A stretch of 64,000 nt of DNA from a virus. The position numbers were made by a program, and so were the translations under genes. This document shows positions 8,990-18,522 of the stretch, piece after piece. Under the pieces are notes generated by a model. It worked only from the letters and a program-made list of their open reading frames with translations. It had not been told where the DNA came from and ran no database searches. The stretch's first letter is position 1. Each line of letters opens with the position of its first letter. The DNA is taken from positions 2,749 through 66,748 of IMG/VR virus record IMGVR_UViG_3300021962_000091; one strand, 5' to 3'.

Positions 8990-10198
8990 TTATATCGACT
9001 GTGGTTTGTCAATATGCGTGATGTCGCTATGGAGGTCCGTGTGTGCCGTATCGGTATGCGCATCACTGTGCGCCGTGTCGGTATGGAGGTCGGTATGGGC
9101 CGTGTCGGTATGGAGGTCGGTATGGGCCGTGTCGGTATGGAGGTCGGTATGGGCCGTGTCGGTATGGAGGTCGGTATGGGCCGTATCGGTATGGAGGTCG
9201 GTATGGGCCGTATCGGTGTGCGCATCACTATGCGCGGTATCTGTGTGCAGGTCAGTATGCGAATTCACAAACTCCTGATCGGAATATTCGTCGGCGTGCG
9301 ATACGTCGCTATGACTATCAATGAACGGTGTATCAGTATACGCATTACTAAATGGTGGACTGTTTGTATAACAGGTGCCGTCGGTGTGGGCGACATACAA
9401 CTCAAATCCACCGTACTGCTCCGGAAACACAACTGTCTCATCGGTATGACAAAAATCGTTATGGGGATACTCACACCACGGACCTTCTACATCGTTATGA
9501 CAAACTTCATACGTTGCCGGATGATCGCTATAATCACCATACGGCACATCAGTGTGATCGTTATAATATTCATCCGTGTGTAAGTCGGTATGCGATACGT
9601 CGCTATGCGTATTGTTGAACGACACATCGGTGTGGTCGTCAAGATGTGTGTTCACGAAGGACACGTCATTATGCGTGTTGACAAACGATACATCATTATG
9701 CGTGTTGACAAACGATACATCATTATGCGTGTTGACAAACGACACGTCGCTATGGCTGTTGACAAACGATACATCATTATGCGTGTTGACAAACGACACG
9801 TCGCTATGGCTGTTGACGAACGATACATCATTATGCGTATTGACAAACGACACGTCGCTATGACTGCTCACAAATGCCGTATCGTCGTGCACCCAATTTT
9901 CATATTGTGTTTCGCCTAAAAAGTGTAGCTGCCCGTTAGCACTCGACGGCGCATAGGCAGTCTCAATCCACATCGATCCGGCTTTTCCCGTTTGTGGCGC
10001 AACGGGAGCACCGTTTGCGCGACGTTCGACTCCCGAGGCGTCAATATAATGCACATTATTCGCCTCAATCCAAATGCTTCCGGCTTTGGCACCTGCGGGA
10101 CTTCCGAGAGACGTGCCATCATAACGGAATCGCGTATTGGCAGAATTTCTCCAATAGAGGTAAATCCCCTCAATCCACATCGACCCGTTAGCTGCCAT
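8990..10198 (-). CDS. His-x-Asp/aromatic-x-(D/N/S) repeat protein, 402 aa, paralog 2
   Basis: Same architecture as 356..1888: three GS(M/I)W repeats, about 9-10 H(N/S)DVSFVN(T/S) copies, shared centre YGDYSDHPATYEV...HTDGTCYTNSPPF, about 8 HTDTAHTDL copies, ends HIDKPQSI. Confidence 0.8.
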   Translation of the reverse strand: MAANGSMWIEGIYLYWRNSANTRFRYDGTSLGSPAGAKAGSIWIEANNVHYIDASGVERRANGAPVAPQTGKAGSMWIETAYAPSSANGQLHFLGETQYENWVHDDTAFVSSHSDVSFVNTHNDVSFVNSHSDVSFVNTHNDVSFVNSHSDVSFVNTHNDVSFVNTHNDVSFVNTHNDVSFVNTHLDDHTDVSFNNTHSDVSHTDLHTDEYYNDHTDVPYGDYSDHPATYEVCHNDVEGPWCEYPHNDFCHTDETVVFPEQYGGFELYVAHTDGTCYTNSPPFSNAYTDTPFIDSHSDVSHADEYSDQEFVNSHTDLHTDTAHSDAHTDTAHTDLHTDTAHTDLHTDTAHTDLHTDTAHTDLHTDTAHTDLHTDTAHSDAHTDTAHTDLHSDITHIDKPQSI

Positions 10199-10201
10199 GT
10201 T

Positions 10202-11599
10202 TTATACACTCCACTTATCTGCGCCCACCGGCAATACCAGACGACCATACGTGCTATTGTTCAAGTCCACGGTGTTTGCGACGTATAGTATACCACTAAC
10301 GTTGACAGCACCGCTGAACGTCGCCGCTCCAGCGGAGGACAGGGTCATGCGCGTCGTGTTGTTTGTCAGAAACGCCAGGTCGCCCGTAGCTCCCGTGATC
10401 CCAATTTGCATCCCGGCTGTTGTGGCTGACAAAATGTTTGTAAAGTCGGTGCCGGTGAACGAGAGTTCATTAGTGCCCGATGCGTTGACGATACTGACTG
10501 GACCCGTGAATGTTTTGGCCCCCGCAAAACTTTGCGTCGTGGTAGTCACATACCCATTGGCCGTGGTATTCGCTTCGGGAAACGATGTTCCAATCACGCG
10601 CCAACGAGTAATCGTTGTATCATAATACAAATGTGCGGCGCCCTGTCGCGGCAACAACGCGTTGGTGTTGGCCGCACAATAAAAGGCATTTGTTGTTGCC
10701 CCAGTATTCGCGTGCTCTAAAAATACATCCGTATCACCAACATTGACCAGAATCAACGATCGCGGCTGTGCCGTATTCGCCTGTTCCACGCCGGCGATAG
10801 ACTTGGAGACCGCACTAGAAAACCGATAGACCGAGGTGTTGGCCTGAACCGGCAGCGGAGCGGCGGTGCCGGCACCCGTTAATGCCGCATCGGTTTCAAT
10901 AAACGTGCTCTTCCATTCAATCGGACCCCCAAGCACCATGCCCGCATTGAAGGTCGTTGTGCCGGTGATGGCCAAAGTATTACTGAGCGTGGTGGCACCG
11001 GTGACGCCGAGAGTATTACTGAGCGTGGCCGCGCCCGTGACCCCGAGGGTATTACTGAGCGTGGTGGCGCCTGTCACGGCTAATGTATTACTAAACGTGG
11101 TGTTGCCCGTGACGGCAAGAGTATTACTAAACGTGGTGTTCCCCGTGACGGCAAGAGTATTACTAAACGTAGTATTACCCGTGACGACAATGGTATTACT
11201 AAACGTCGCACCAAGTGTGACCGCCAAATTTCCTGTGAGGGTTGTTTTTCCGTTAATAACCGTATTGGGAGCAATCGTTAAATCGGTTCCTGATATAACC
11301 GTATTAGTCGCGGCGATGCTGACGTTAGACGCAATGATAGCTGCGGTATCACTCACCCCATTTGTGGTTAATTTAAACACTGGTGTGGTACAGCCCGTGG
11401 TCAATCCCCCGAGCACCACGTTGCCGTTTGCCACTAACGTGGCGGTCGTCACGGTTCCAGTGACCGATACATTTCCTTGTGCGGTATTATTGACCAAGAC
11501 ATACGCACTGGTATTGGACACATGGCTAATTAAATTATTCGTCGCGTCAAACCATGTATTAAACGTATCGGTTGGTTGAATTATGGGCGGTAAAGACAT
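10202..11599 (-). CDS. Tail fibre-like virion protein, 465 aa
   Basis: N-terminal TDTFNTWFDATN anchor motif; 12-aa NTLAVTGNTTFS repeats; shares TTTQSFAGAKTFTG and the C-terminal GRxVLPVGxxxW with 1912..3072. Confidence 0.75.
   Translation of the reverse strand: MSLPPIIQPTDTFNTWFDATNNLISHVSNTSAYVLVNNTAQGNVSVTGTVTTATLVANGNVVLGGLTTGCTTPVFKLTTNGVSDTAAIIASNVSIAATNTVISGTDLTIAPNTVINGKTTLTGNLAVTLGATFSNTIVVTGNTTFSNTLAVTGNTTFSNTLAVTGNTTFSNTLAVTGATTLSNTLGVTGAATLSNTLGVTGATTLSNTLAITGTTTFNAGMVLGGPIEWKSTFIETDAALTGAGTAAPLPVQANTSVYRFSSAVSKSIAGVEQANTAQPRSLILVNVGDTDVFLEHANTGATTNAFYCAANTNALLPRQGAAHLYYDTTITRWRVIGTSFPEANTTANGYVTTTTQSFAGAKTFTGPVSIVNASGTNELSFTGTDFTNILSATTAGMQIGITGATGDLAFLTNNTTRMTLSSAGAATFSGAVNVSGILYVANTVDLNNSTYGRLVLPVGADKWSV
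10975..11210 (-). repeat. 36-nt coding tandem repeat (NTLxVTGxTTxS), about 6-7 copies
   Basis: Recurring gtattact(a/g)a(a/g)cgt units at 36-nt spacing within the fibre gene. Confidence 0.8.
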
Positions 11600-11601
11600 G
11601 G

Positions 11602-11868
11602 TTAATCTCGCTTAGAAAGAGGGTCCGAATATTTAGCCGTCAATGCCGAAACATGCTGTACCAATTCCAGTAATAAACTTTCGCACCGATCTAACCGACC
11701 ATGAATTATCTCAAACCGCGCATCCACATCCCGTTGTTGTTGCTTTAATTGTTTGAGCGTGGTGCGCGACCGACGATGTCGCTCTAGATCATCAAGATTT
11801 GTAGGCAATAATGCTCGCGTTTCCGTATCACGCACTACCCGAGGGTCGTCAGTTTGTACTAAAGCCAT
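11602..11868 (-). CDS. Small conserved T4-like virion-region protein with coiled coil, 88 aa
   Basis: VRDTETRALL motif plus a coiled coil, directly after the DUF4815-type gene as in cyanophage-like myoviruses. Confidence 0.65.
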   Translation of the reverse strand: MALVQTDDPRVVRDTETRALLPTNLDDLERHRRSRTTLKQLKQQQRDVDARFEIIHGRLDRCESLLLELVQHVSALTAKYSDPLSKRD

Positions 11869-11883
11869 ACACGTATTTATCCT

Positions 11884-14800
11884 TTACTCATCTAACGCAA
11901 TCGCGCGCAGATTAGAAATTACTGGTACCGACACGGTATCGGCGGTATACGGGTCATTACCTTGCCCCGACCGCAACACAATTTTAATAGCAAATGTATG
12001 GAACCGTGTAAAGGTTGTGCCATTGGACGTATACGACGCGGTACTACCCACCGTCGTGTATTCGTATTCTCGCTTTGTTCGAGCGGACGTCGAATAGGCC
12101 GACGCTTGTTCGGGTTTGAGTTGCATCAAGACCCACGGTTTTTGTGCAAACGTCTCCGTGTCTCCCGTCGCCATCACCTTGTAATAGACTTCAATATTAT
12201 GCTGCGGCCCTCGGCTGGCCGAGAGATAGACCTTCAAGTCCGACGCATCAAACCCATCGGCCAAGCTAATCGCGCGTGTCGTGTATCGCGCTTTCTTCTC
12301 CCCAACAATCGCCGAATTTGGACTGGTTTCACCGACATACGTAAAGGTCGGTTGCACCGTGAAGTCCGTATTGGCCGCCAAAGAAATGACGGGGGTTTCG
12401 GTATACCCATATCCCGCATTTGCGACAGTGATGCTGGTGACATATCCCGTACTGTTGGTCACGGCTGAAATTGTTGCGCCGGTACCGGTTGCGCTGGTGA
12501 CTGTGAGGGGATAGGTATTCGGTGACGTTCCCGTTCCAGATGGCGTGCCTGTGGTAAACACAAACCCGTTGGCATATAAACACCCGTTATCAATATAATT
12601 TTCAATAGTTCTGACACTGGTGCGATCCACATCATATATCGGCGAAACGTGTGGGTTTGTGGTACGAAGCCGTGCGCGAACGCGAACCGATCCCGCAGTA
12701 TTCGCACTTACTTCCATACGTTCAGGCATCACCAAGTTTTGATTGGGTATCATTGTCAATGTCGAACTTGTACTATCAGTCGTCACGGTTGATACGGTAA
12801 ACTGCGTATTATTACGAGTTGAGTCGAAGTCCAGATAATCCATGCCCACGTTCAACAAATCATACGACGCCGATTCAACCGAGTGATAGGTATTGTTTGC
12901 TAACTCGAATACCGCATATCCTTCGGAGGTCGCAAATTGGGCGCGATGGAGCACGAACATCAAATCTTCCAGTGGCTCCGCCACCCATGTGCGCGCATTC
13001 TGTGATTTGAATAACGAACCTCCGTGGGGTTGTTCGGTAATAATAGCGGCACTTCCAATCAGTTTCTTTCCAAGTTCGCCAACAAACACTTCATACTCGT
13101 TACTCTGAGAGAGCACGACTAACGCATACTCGGCATTGGGCGCCAAATATTCCGGTCGTTCAAACTCAAATCGCGTATAATGGTCAGCATTACCAATGTT
13201 TGGTGTTACACCCTCGGGCACCAGTTTAATTTTACTGGCCGGAAGTTCTACTTTAGCCAGTATCTCATCGGATGACGGATAGCCATTCACGGTACGACGC
13301 AGTTGCACCTCTACGGGCATACCACTTGTACCTTTTTTCGCAAAGAATAAGTCCGCGTGAGTTGCAAAGACCCCCTCGGGATACTGGTCATTTTGAACCA
13401 CAAATGTTTGGGCTAATGGATCATAATACCCAACAGTCTCTGTGGTGGTCGTAGACTGATCGATGGTTGACGTACCGAACGTTTCAACCGTTCCAGTGAT
13501 TCGACTATCAATTATTTGGCGCGTGCGAAGTAACGTGCGCTCTTTGGTTATAGTGGATCCCTGCGACACAAACGATTGACGGGCTTGAGAATCCGTATCA
13601 CTGCTAATATTCATCAATTTGAAGATACGAGACCCCGTATTGAATTGCACCGAGCTACTAAGGGCGCGTTCATCGGGCGTCGTCGTCGGACGATATCCAG
13701 GCACACGGAACATTCCATAAAAAGTTCCGGGCACCACTAAAATACCAGTGCCCGTCGTGCTTGTCTCTGGGCGACCAATACTGTATCGAATCGGATGCGC
13801 GGTGGTATAACTAGTACGCTGTGCCGTAAACGCGTCCGTTGCTTCAGGCGACAAGCTTTCTAATGTTACGGTGCGCGTGGCCGCATCGTAGCTTCGAATG
13901 GTTGCGGTGGTGCCGCCAACACCTGTTGGTGTATCAAGTACCGCAGGTCGAAGGAGACCCTCGTTTAAATTAATTCGGCTATTGTATCCACCATCCGTGA
14001 AGTAAATGACCTTTCCCGTATACGGATCGCCGGTTGTTGGAGCACCGGCATCTAATTGAACCGTCCAATATCCACCGGAGGAACCGACGGACTGTGCTCG
14101 TCCGTGCCAGTGCGTATATCCCGACACCGTGATGGAACTGGGCGCCGAGGAACGGCTGGTTACATTAATAGTCGCGCCGGTAAATATCCCCGTCACGCCC
14201 GATACGTGCAATATTCCCGTGTTTCCACTCGTGCTAATACCGACAACTCGCGCGTCCCCACCGGCACTTGATTTAATAATATCGCCAATACGGAACGATT
14301 CAGCCGTGACAGCGGTTGTTGTTATTTCATTGGCACGTTCGACATAGGCAGTCACATCAATATCATCAAACGTCGCTTGAAGTTGTGCACCAGGCAACAA
14401 TCCCCGCGCCGCAATGTCCACGTCGATGCCGCGCATTTTTGGCGCAATAGAGGTATCGACTATACGGTCCCCACCATCGGTCGTCGTAAATGAAAGACTT
14501 CGCTGTGTTTGTTGCAGTCGTCGGAAATTCGTCGTCGTCGTGGTTGTCGTTAACGTCACATCTTGTTGAATTGGACGACCAAAATTAACGCCGTCGTCAA
14601 CAAAAAAATCAAAACTTTCGACGTACTCTAACGGACCCCGTGTTTCGACCGGTGCACCCGTGGATGACGTAGACCAGTAATCCCAATGCGATTCAATGAC
14701 CCCTTCAGCAACACCGTCGTTTTCATTAAATAAATTTAACGTAACGTCGGGGCGGGTAATTGTATCAATCCACGTATCACTGGAGGGCAACAACTCAATA

Positions 14801-17800
14801 GACCCGCGCCATGAAAACACGTTGAATGGGTTGATATTGACCGACTTTGACGCCAACGGCTGTTTTGTCAATATTTCGGTGGTGTAGGGTAGCGCAATCA
14901 ATCCCGACCGCGCGGCCAGATGATTTGTGCCAAACGCTGCAACGTTTGATGAATTGGTTGTATCTAACTGCACATTGTATGCACGATTGACTCGACCTAA
15001 TGGACGCATTTCGTTATTGCGCGAATCAATGGCAATTTTGGTCTCGGGGTTTTTATAATTCACCACCCCGTGATTACTAAACATATCCGTGACAATACCA
15101 TTCTTAAATCGCTCGTTATTGCTCTCATCAAACTCGGGACTGTTGAGCGACTGTAAGTCCATCGTGGATAGTGACGCATAGTATTCCAAATTTTCAATAC
15201 GTTTTTCCAGTTTGCCAATATCTTTCATCGTGTATCGTTTGTATTCAAACGGCGTTACTGTCACAGCATCTGGGGTGGCGGTATAGGCCGGGAAATTTAA
15301 AATGTATAACGTAATCCCCGACGCAGAGTCTACAGGCATTTCAGGATTCTTACTCGGCAATCCCGTAATGACTTGGAACCGCTTATCTTTTGTTACGACC
15401 AGCTTGTCAATACGCGGTAAGTAATACGCATAGTCGGCACGATACACTCCGTCAGCAATCGGCAATACCGTGGTTTCAAACGTCGTGTCGATTGAGTTGT
15501 ACGGATTTGTGGCGGTATTCGCGTAGGTTAAGTTGGCGGCACGCACGGGACGGAAATCGACATAGTTGGCTAACGACACCGTATTACCCGTCTTGGGATT
15601 GATAAAGGACGGAATGTCTTCCAACTCCATTGCGGTATTGCTCGCCGTTCTATAACTCGCCGGACTAAAATACGATAGGTTGGCAGCCGCGGCACTGTGC
15701 GCAAACATATCCACGACCACCAAGTACTGCGAACAGTTGGTGGTGTAATGCACATACCCAGGCTTCAACGAAATGGATGCATGATCGTAGCACCAATCGC
15801 GCTGGCCCGTATCGAGCGTATATCGACTTGTGACATCGACGATTGCGGCGGCGTTGGTAGCAATTGTATTGGCATGTTTTACCGCGTATACTTTTTGCAC
15901 ACGATGCACATCGGCAATACCCAATCCAATCACCCCATTTGATGAGGTGTTAATACTGTTAATCGCAATATGGCCTTTGTATGTTGTGGTACCGACATCG
16001 GACACCAAGTTTCCTGTCGCAACAGTTACACTCGACAGATTAGTATTACCCACATATAACGTCTTTGTGCGAGGGGCGGTATTCGCATTACTTCGTTCCA
16101 TTGGTGCATAGAAATGAAGCACCGATGATCCTGCCACTTGCGTGTTGGCAAACTGCACCGTAATAGCTGCGGTAGATACGGCTGCGTTGGCCGTCACCAA
16201 CGATAATACCTCACCGTTACTGTTACGCACCGCAATCATATGTCGCCATATGTCAAGCGTTTGGTCCGAGGACACTTCGCCGGCCGAAGGCGTGGCGTCA
16301 ATGGTGAATCCAGTCACCCCTGTCGTACCCGCATTTCCCGTGACACTGCCCACATAGCGCAACACCGAATAACTTTCGTCGCTCAATGAGGCGGGGTTAA
16401 TCGGGGTTTCGCGATACTTAAACAACATGCCCGTCATGGTCGGTGACTGCATCATGGTGTTCGCATTCGGGTCCAGCCCCACCTTTCCAAAGTAATGCAC
16501 ACTGGCACCCTTACTGGCGGCGTTGGAGTCGGCCATACCTCGAATACACTTGTCACTAAAAATCAGCGTGACATTCGCGGTGGTGTTAACTGTGGCTAAC
16601 GACTGATCTGAAGCGAGCGTGAGCGTTTGTGTGCGACCCGTCGTGGCGTTTCCACTATACGTGGACGCCAGCACGGGGTAGCGAAGGGTCGCATTTTCAG
16701 TAGTGCGTAATTCAATAATAGCCCCCACATACGCATTGTTTGCCATGGCTAATACTGACCCGTCAGATGACGCGGCATTTTGACTCAACACAATGGTTTT
16801 TGCGGTTGCATCCACCGCGACGGCCACGGTCAACCGACTATTGTTACCGGACGCGTGTCCGCTGGTGTTGACTTGCAGCGTCTTGGTTTCAAACTCTGCG
16901 CCAATCAAATACATCTTATAGGTAGTGTTGGCATCACCAATACCCGAATAGTAGGCAAACCCACGGACGCGCGCCGAACCAATTTTACTCGAATGATAAT
17001 TCCCCGACGTAGCATTAATCGCACTGGTATTGATGCCGGCAAACGGCACGCAATGGAGTTCGGCCCGCTCTAACGTGTTGGTGTTGAACAACCCTTTGTT
17101 TAAGTTCACAATGGTATAAGGACCAAACGCGGTAGACTGTGCGCCATTATTAATGTTCGCGGTGGTGCGAGCACGATTGGCCACCAGCTTGGTAGTGCCG
17201 GGGGTGCGCACTTCATACCCACGCACATACGCCACACCCTTCGACAATTCTAAATTGACTTTGTGGGGCGAAATAATGGTCGCGGGCGTATTGCTAAATT
17301 CTTGTGAAAACGCGTTGTTAACAATTAATACCGTATTATTTGTGACGGTCACTACGTCACGAGATTCTCCGTTGACAACGAGCGTATCTCCAATAGCCAC
17401 CTCAGAGGTAAACAACGTCGTTACATTGGCCGTTGACCCGTTGGCATACGTTATTGATTGAACCGTATTGGCCGCGCTAATAACGGTGCTGGTTAAATTT
17501 CCGTTGATAAACCCCGTAATATTCGGAATCGACACCGGAGGATTGTGGTCTTTGACTTGTAACAAAAATGGACTTACAACGTAATCGCCCGATTCGTCAT
17601 AGGTGCGGCGCGCCAACGTATCTTCAATAAACTCTTGCTGAAGTCGTTCGGGGATGGGTTGAATTATGCCCGCTTCAACGCGCAGTAATTCCACAAAATC
17701 CGCATCCGCATTAGGATCGATAGCATCATTTCGAATATCGCGGGCCACCAGTGTGGCGGTCAGTTTAAGACGATCTGCGCCAGGGCCGGCATAATTGGTT

Positions 17801-18507
17801 GTGCCCAGGGCGGGGTCGAGTAATGACTGATCTTCCAATGACGATACGATGGTTTCGGTGATCGCCAGACCAATGCGTTTTGATGGGCTATCCGTGGATA
17901 AACTTAAAATGATGGTTTGCTTTTGAACATCAACAAGATGTCCGCGCAAATAAAATACACCACTGGCTACCGAGAACGTACTGGCGGGCGTGGTTACTGG
18001 CGCCGTCGGTGTGCCTGGAGCCGCCACCATCGTCGCAATGGTGTCACCGCCCTCGATGGTCGAAAACTGAATACTCTCTCCACCTTCAAACTCGTTGACG
18101 TCCAATTTGGCGATCACAACGGCAGAATATGACGTACCCGTATTGGCGGTTACCTGTGTAATAATACCCGTGGCGTTACTCGTGAGTCCTCGCACATAGG
18201 CACCAACAGCCGTCTCTGTATTATAAAAATTAGTAATATTTACCGACTCGTCGCGCGTCACATATAATGCGACACACGTATTCGATAACGTCTGCTGTCC
18301 GCCGCTAACGGCCGCACCCTCTCTATAAATGCTAGAGGTAACCTGTTCAACCTGATTTTGTAAAATGGATTGAATTTGGTTTAACTCACGCGTCTGTACT
18401 GGCACACGAGGCTTAATGAGCACTCGGTGAAACCGCTTATCGCGATTGTAATCATCCCAGTAAGGCGAACTGCGTAAAACCTCTTGCGTTGTATTTGATA
18501 GCGGCAT
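11884..18507 (-). CDS. Large virion structural protein (DUF4815-type baseplate/tail-associated), 2207 aa
   Basis: SPYWDDY...FHRVL...PVQTRELNQIQSILQNQ N-terminus, LARRTYDESGDY, YTMKDIGKLEKRIENLEYY, RFKNGIVTDMF, DPLAQTF and a C-terminal FAIKIVL...NLRAIA. Confidence 0.85.
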   Translation of the reverse strand: MPLSNTTQEVLRSSPYWDDYNRDKRFHRVLIKPRVPVQTRELNQIQSILQNQVEQVTSSIYREGAAVSGGQQTLSNTCVALYVTRDESVNITNFYNTETAVGAYVRGLTSNATGIITQVTANTGTSYSAVVIAKLDVNEFEGGESIQFSTIEGGDTIATMVAAPGTPTAPVTTPASTFSVASGVFYLRGHLVDVQKQTIILSLSTDSPSKRIGLAITETIVSSLEDQSLLDPALGTTNYAGPGADRLKLTATLVARDIRNDAIDPNADADFVELLRVEAGIIQPIPERLQQEFIEDTLARRTYDESGDYVVSPFLLQVKDHNPPVSIPNITGFINGNLTSTVISAANTVQSITYANGSTANVTTLFTSEVAIGDTLVVNGESRDVVTVTNNTVLIVNNAFSQEFSNTPATIISPHKVNLELSKGVAYVRGYEVRTPGTTKLVANRARTTANINNGAQSTAFGPYTIVNLNKGLFNTNTLERAELHCVPFAGINTSAINATSGNYHSSKIGSARVRGFAYYSGIGDANTTYKMYLIGAEFETKTLQVNTSGHASGNNSRLTVAVAVDATAKTIVLSQNAASSDGSVLAMANNAYVGAIIELRTTENATLRYPVLASTYSGNATTGRTQTLTLASDQSLATVNTTANVTLIFSDKCIRGMADSNAASKGASVHYFGKVGLDPNANTMMQSPTMTGMLFKYRETPINPASLSDESYSVLRYVGSVTGNAGTTGVTGFTIDATPSAGEVSSDQTLDIWRHMIAVRNSNGEVLSLVTANAAVSTAAITVQFANTQVAGSSVLHFYAPMERSNANTAPRTKTLYVGNTNLSSVTVATGNLVSDVGTTTYKGHIAINSINTSSNGVIGLGIADVHRVQKVYAVKHANTIATNAAAIVDVTSRYTLDTGQRDWCYDHASISLKPGYVHYTTNCSQYLVVVDMFAHSAAAANLSYFSPASYRTASNTAMELEDIPSFINPKTGNTVSLANYVDFRPVRAANLTYANTATNPYNSIDTTFETTVLPIADGVYRADYAYYLPRIDKLVVTKDKRFQVITGLPSKNPEMPVDSASGITLYILNFPAYTATPDAVTVTPFEYKRYTMKDIGKLEKRIENLEYYASLSTMDLQSLNSPEFDESNNERFKNGIVTDMFSNHGVVNYKNPETKIAIDSRNNEMRPLGRVNRAYNVQLDTTNSSNVAAFGTNHLAARSGLIALPYTTEILTKQPLASKSVNINPFNVFSWRGSIELLPSSDTWIDTITRPDVTLNLFNENDGVAEGVIESHWDYWSTSSTGAPVETRGPLEYVESFDFFVDDGVNFGRPIQQDVTLTTTTTTTNFRRLQQTQRSLSFTTTDGGDRIVDTSIAPKMRGIDVDIAARGLLPGAQLQATFDDIDVTAYVERANEITTTAVTAESFRIGDIIKSSAGGDARVVGISTSGNTGILHVSGVTGIFTGATINVTSRSSAPSSITVSGYTHWHGRAQSVGSSGGYWTVQLDAGAPTTGDPYTGKVIYFTDGGYNSRINLNEGLLRPAVLDTPTGVGGTTATIRSYDAATRTVTLESLSPEATDAFTAQRTSYTTAHPIRYSIGRPETSTTGTGILVVPGTFYGMFRVPGYRPTTTPDERALSSSVQFNTGSRIFKLMNISSDTDSQARQSFVSQGSTITKERTLLRTRQIIDSRITGTVETFGTSTIDQSTTTTETVGYYDPLAQTFVVQNDQYPEGVFATHADLFFAKKGTSGMPVEVQLRRTVNGYPSSDEILAKVELPASKIKLVPEGVTPNIGNADHYTRFEFERPEYLAPNAEYALVVLSQSNEYEVFVGELGKKLIGSAAIITEQPHGGSLFKSQNARTWVAEPLEDLMFVLHRAQFATSEGYAVFELANNTYHSVESASYDLLNVGMDYLDFDSTRNNTQFTVSTVTTDSTSSTLTMIPNQNLVMPERMEVSANTAGSVRVRARLRTTNPHVSPIYDVDRTSVRTIENYIDNGCLYANGFVFTTGTPSGTGTSPNTYPLTVTSATGTGATISAVTNSTGYVTSITVANAGYGYTETPVISLAANTDFTVQPTFTYVGETSPNSAIVGEKKARYTTRAISLADGFDASDLKVYLSASRGPQHNIEVYYKVMATGDTETFAQKPWVLMQLKPEQASAYSTSARTKREYEYTTVGSTASYTSNGTTFTRFHTFAIKIVLRSGQGNDPYTADTVSVPVISNLRAIALDE

Positions 18508-18522
18508 ACTTTGATTATCCTG

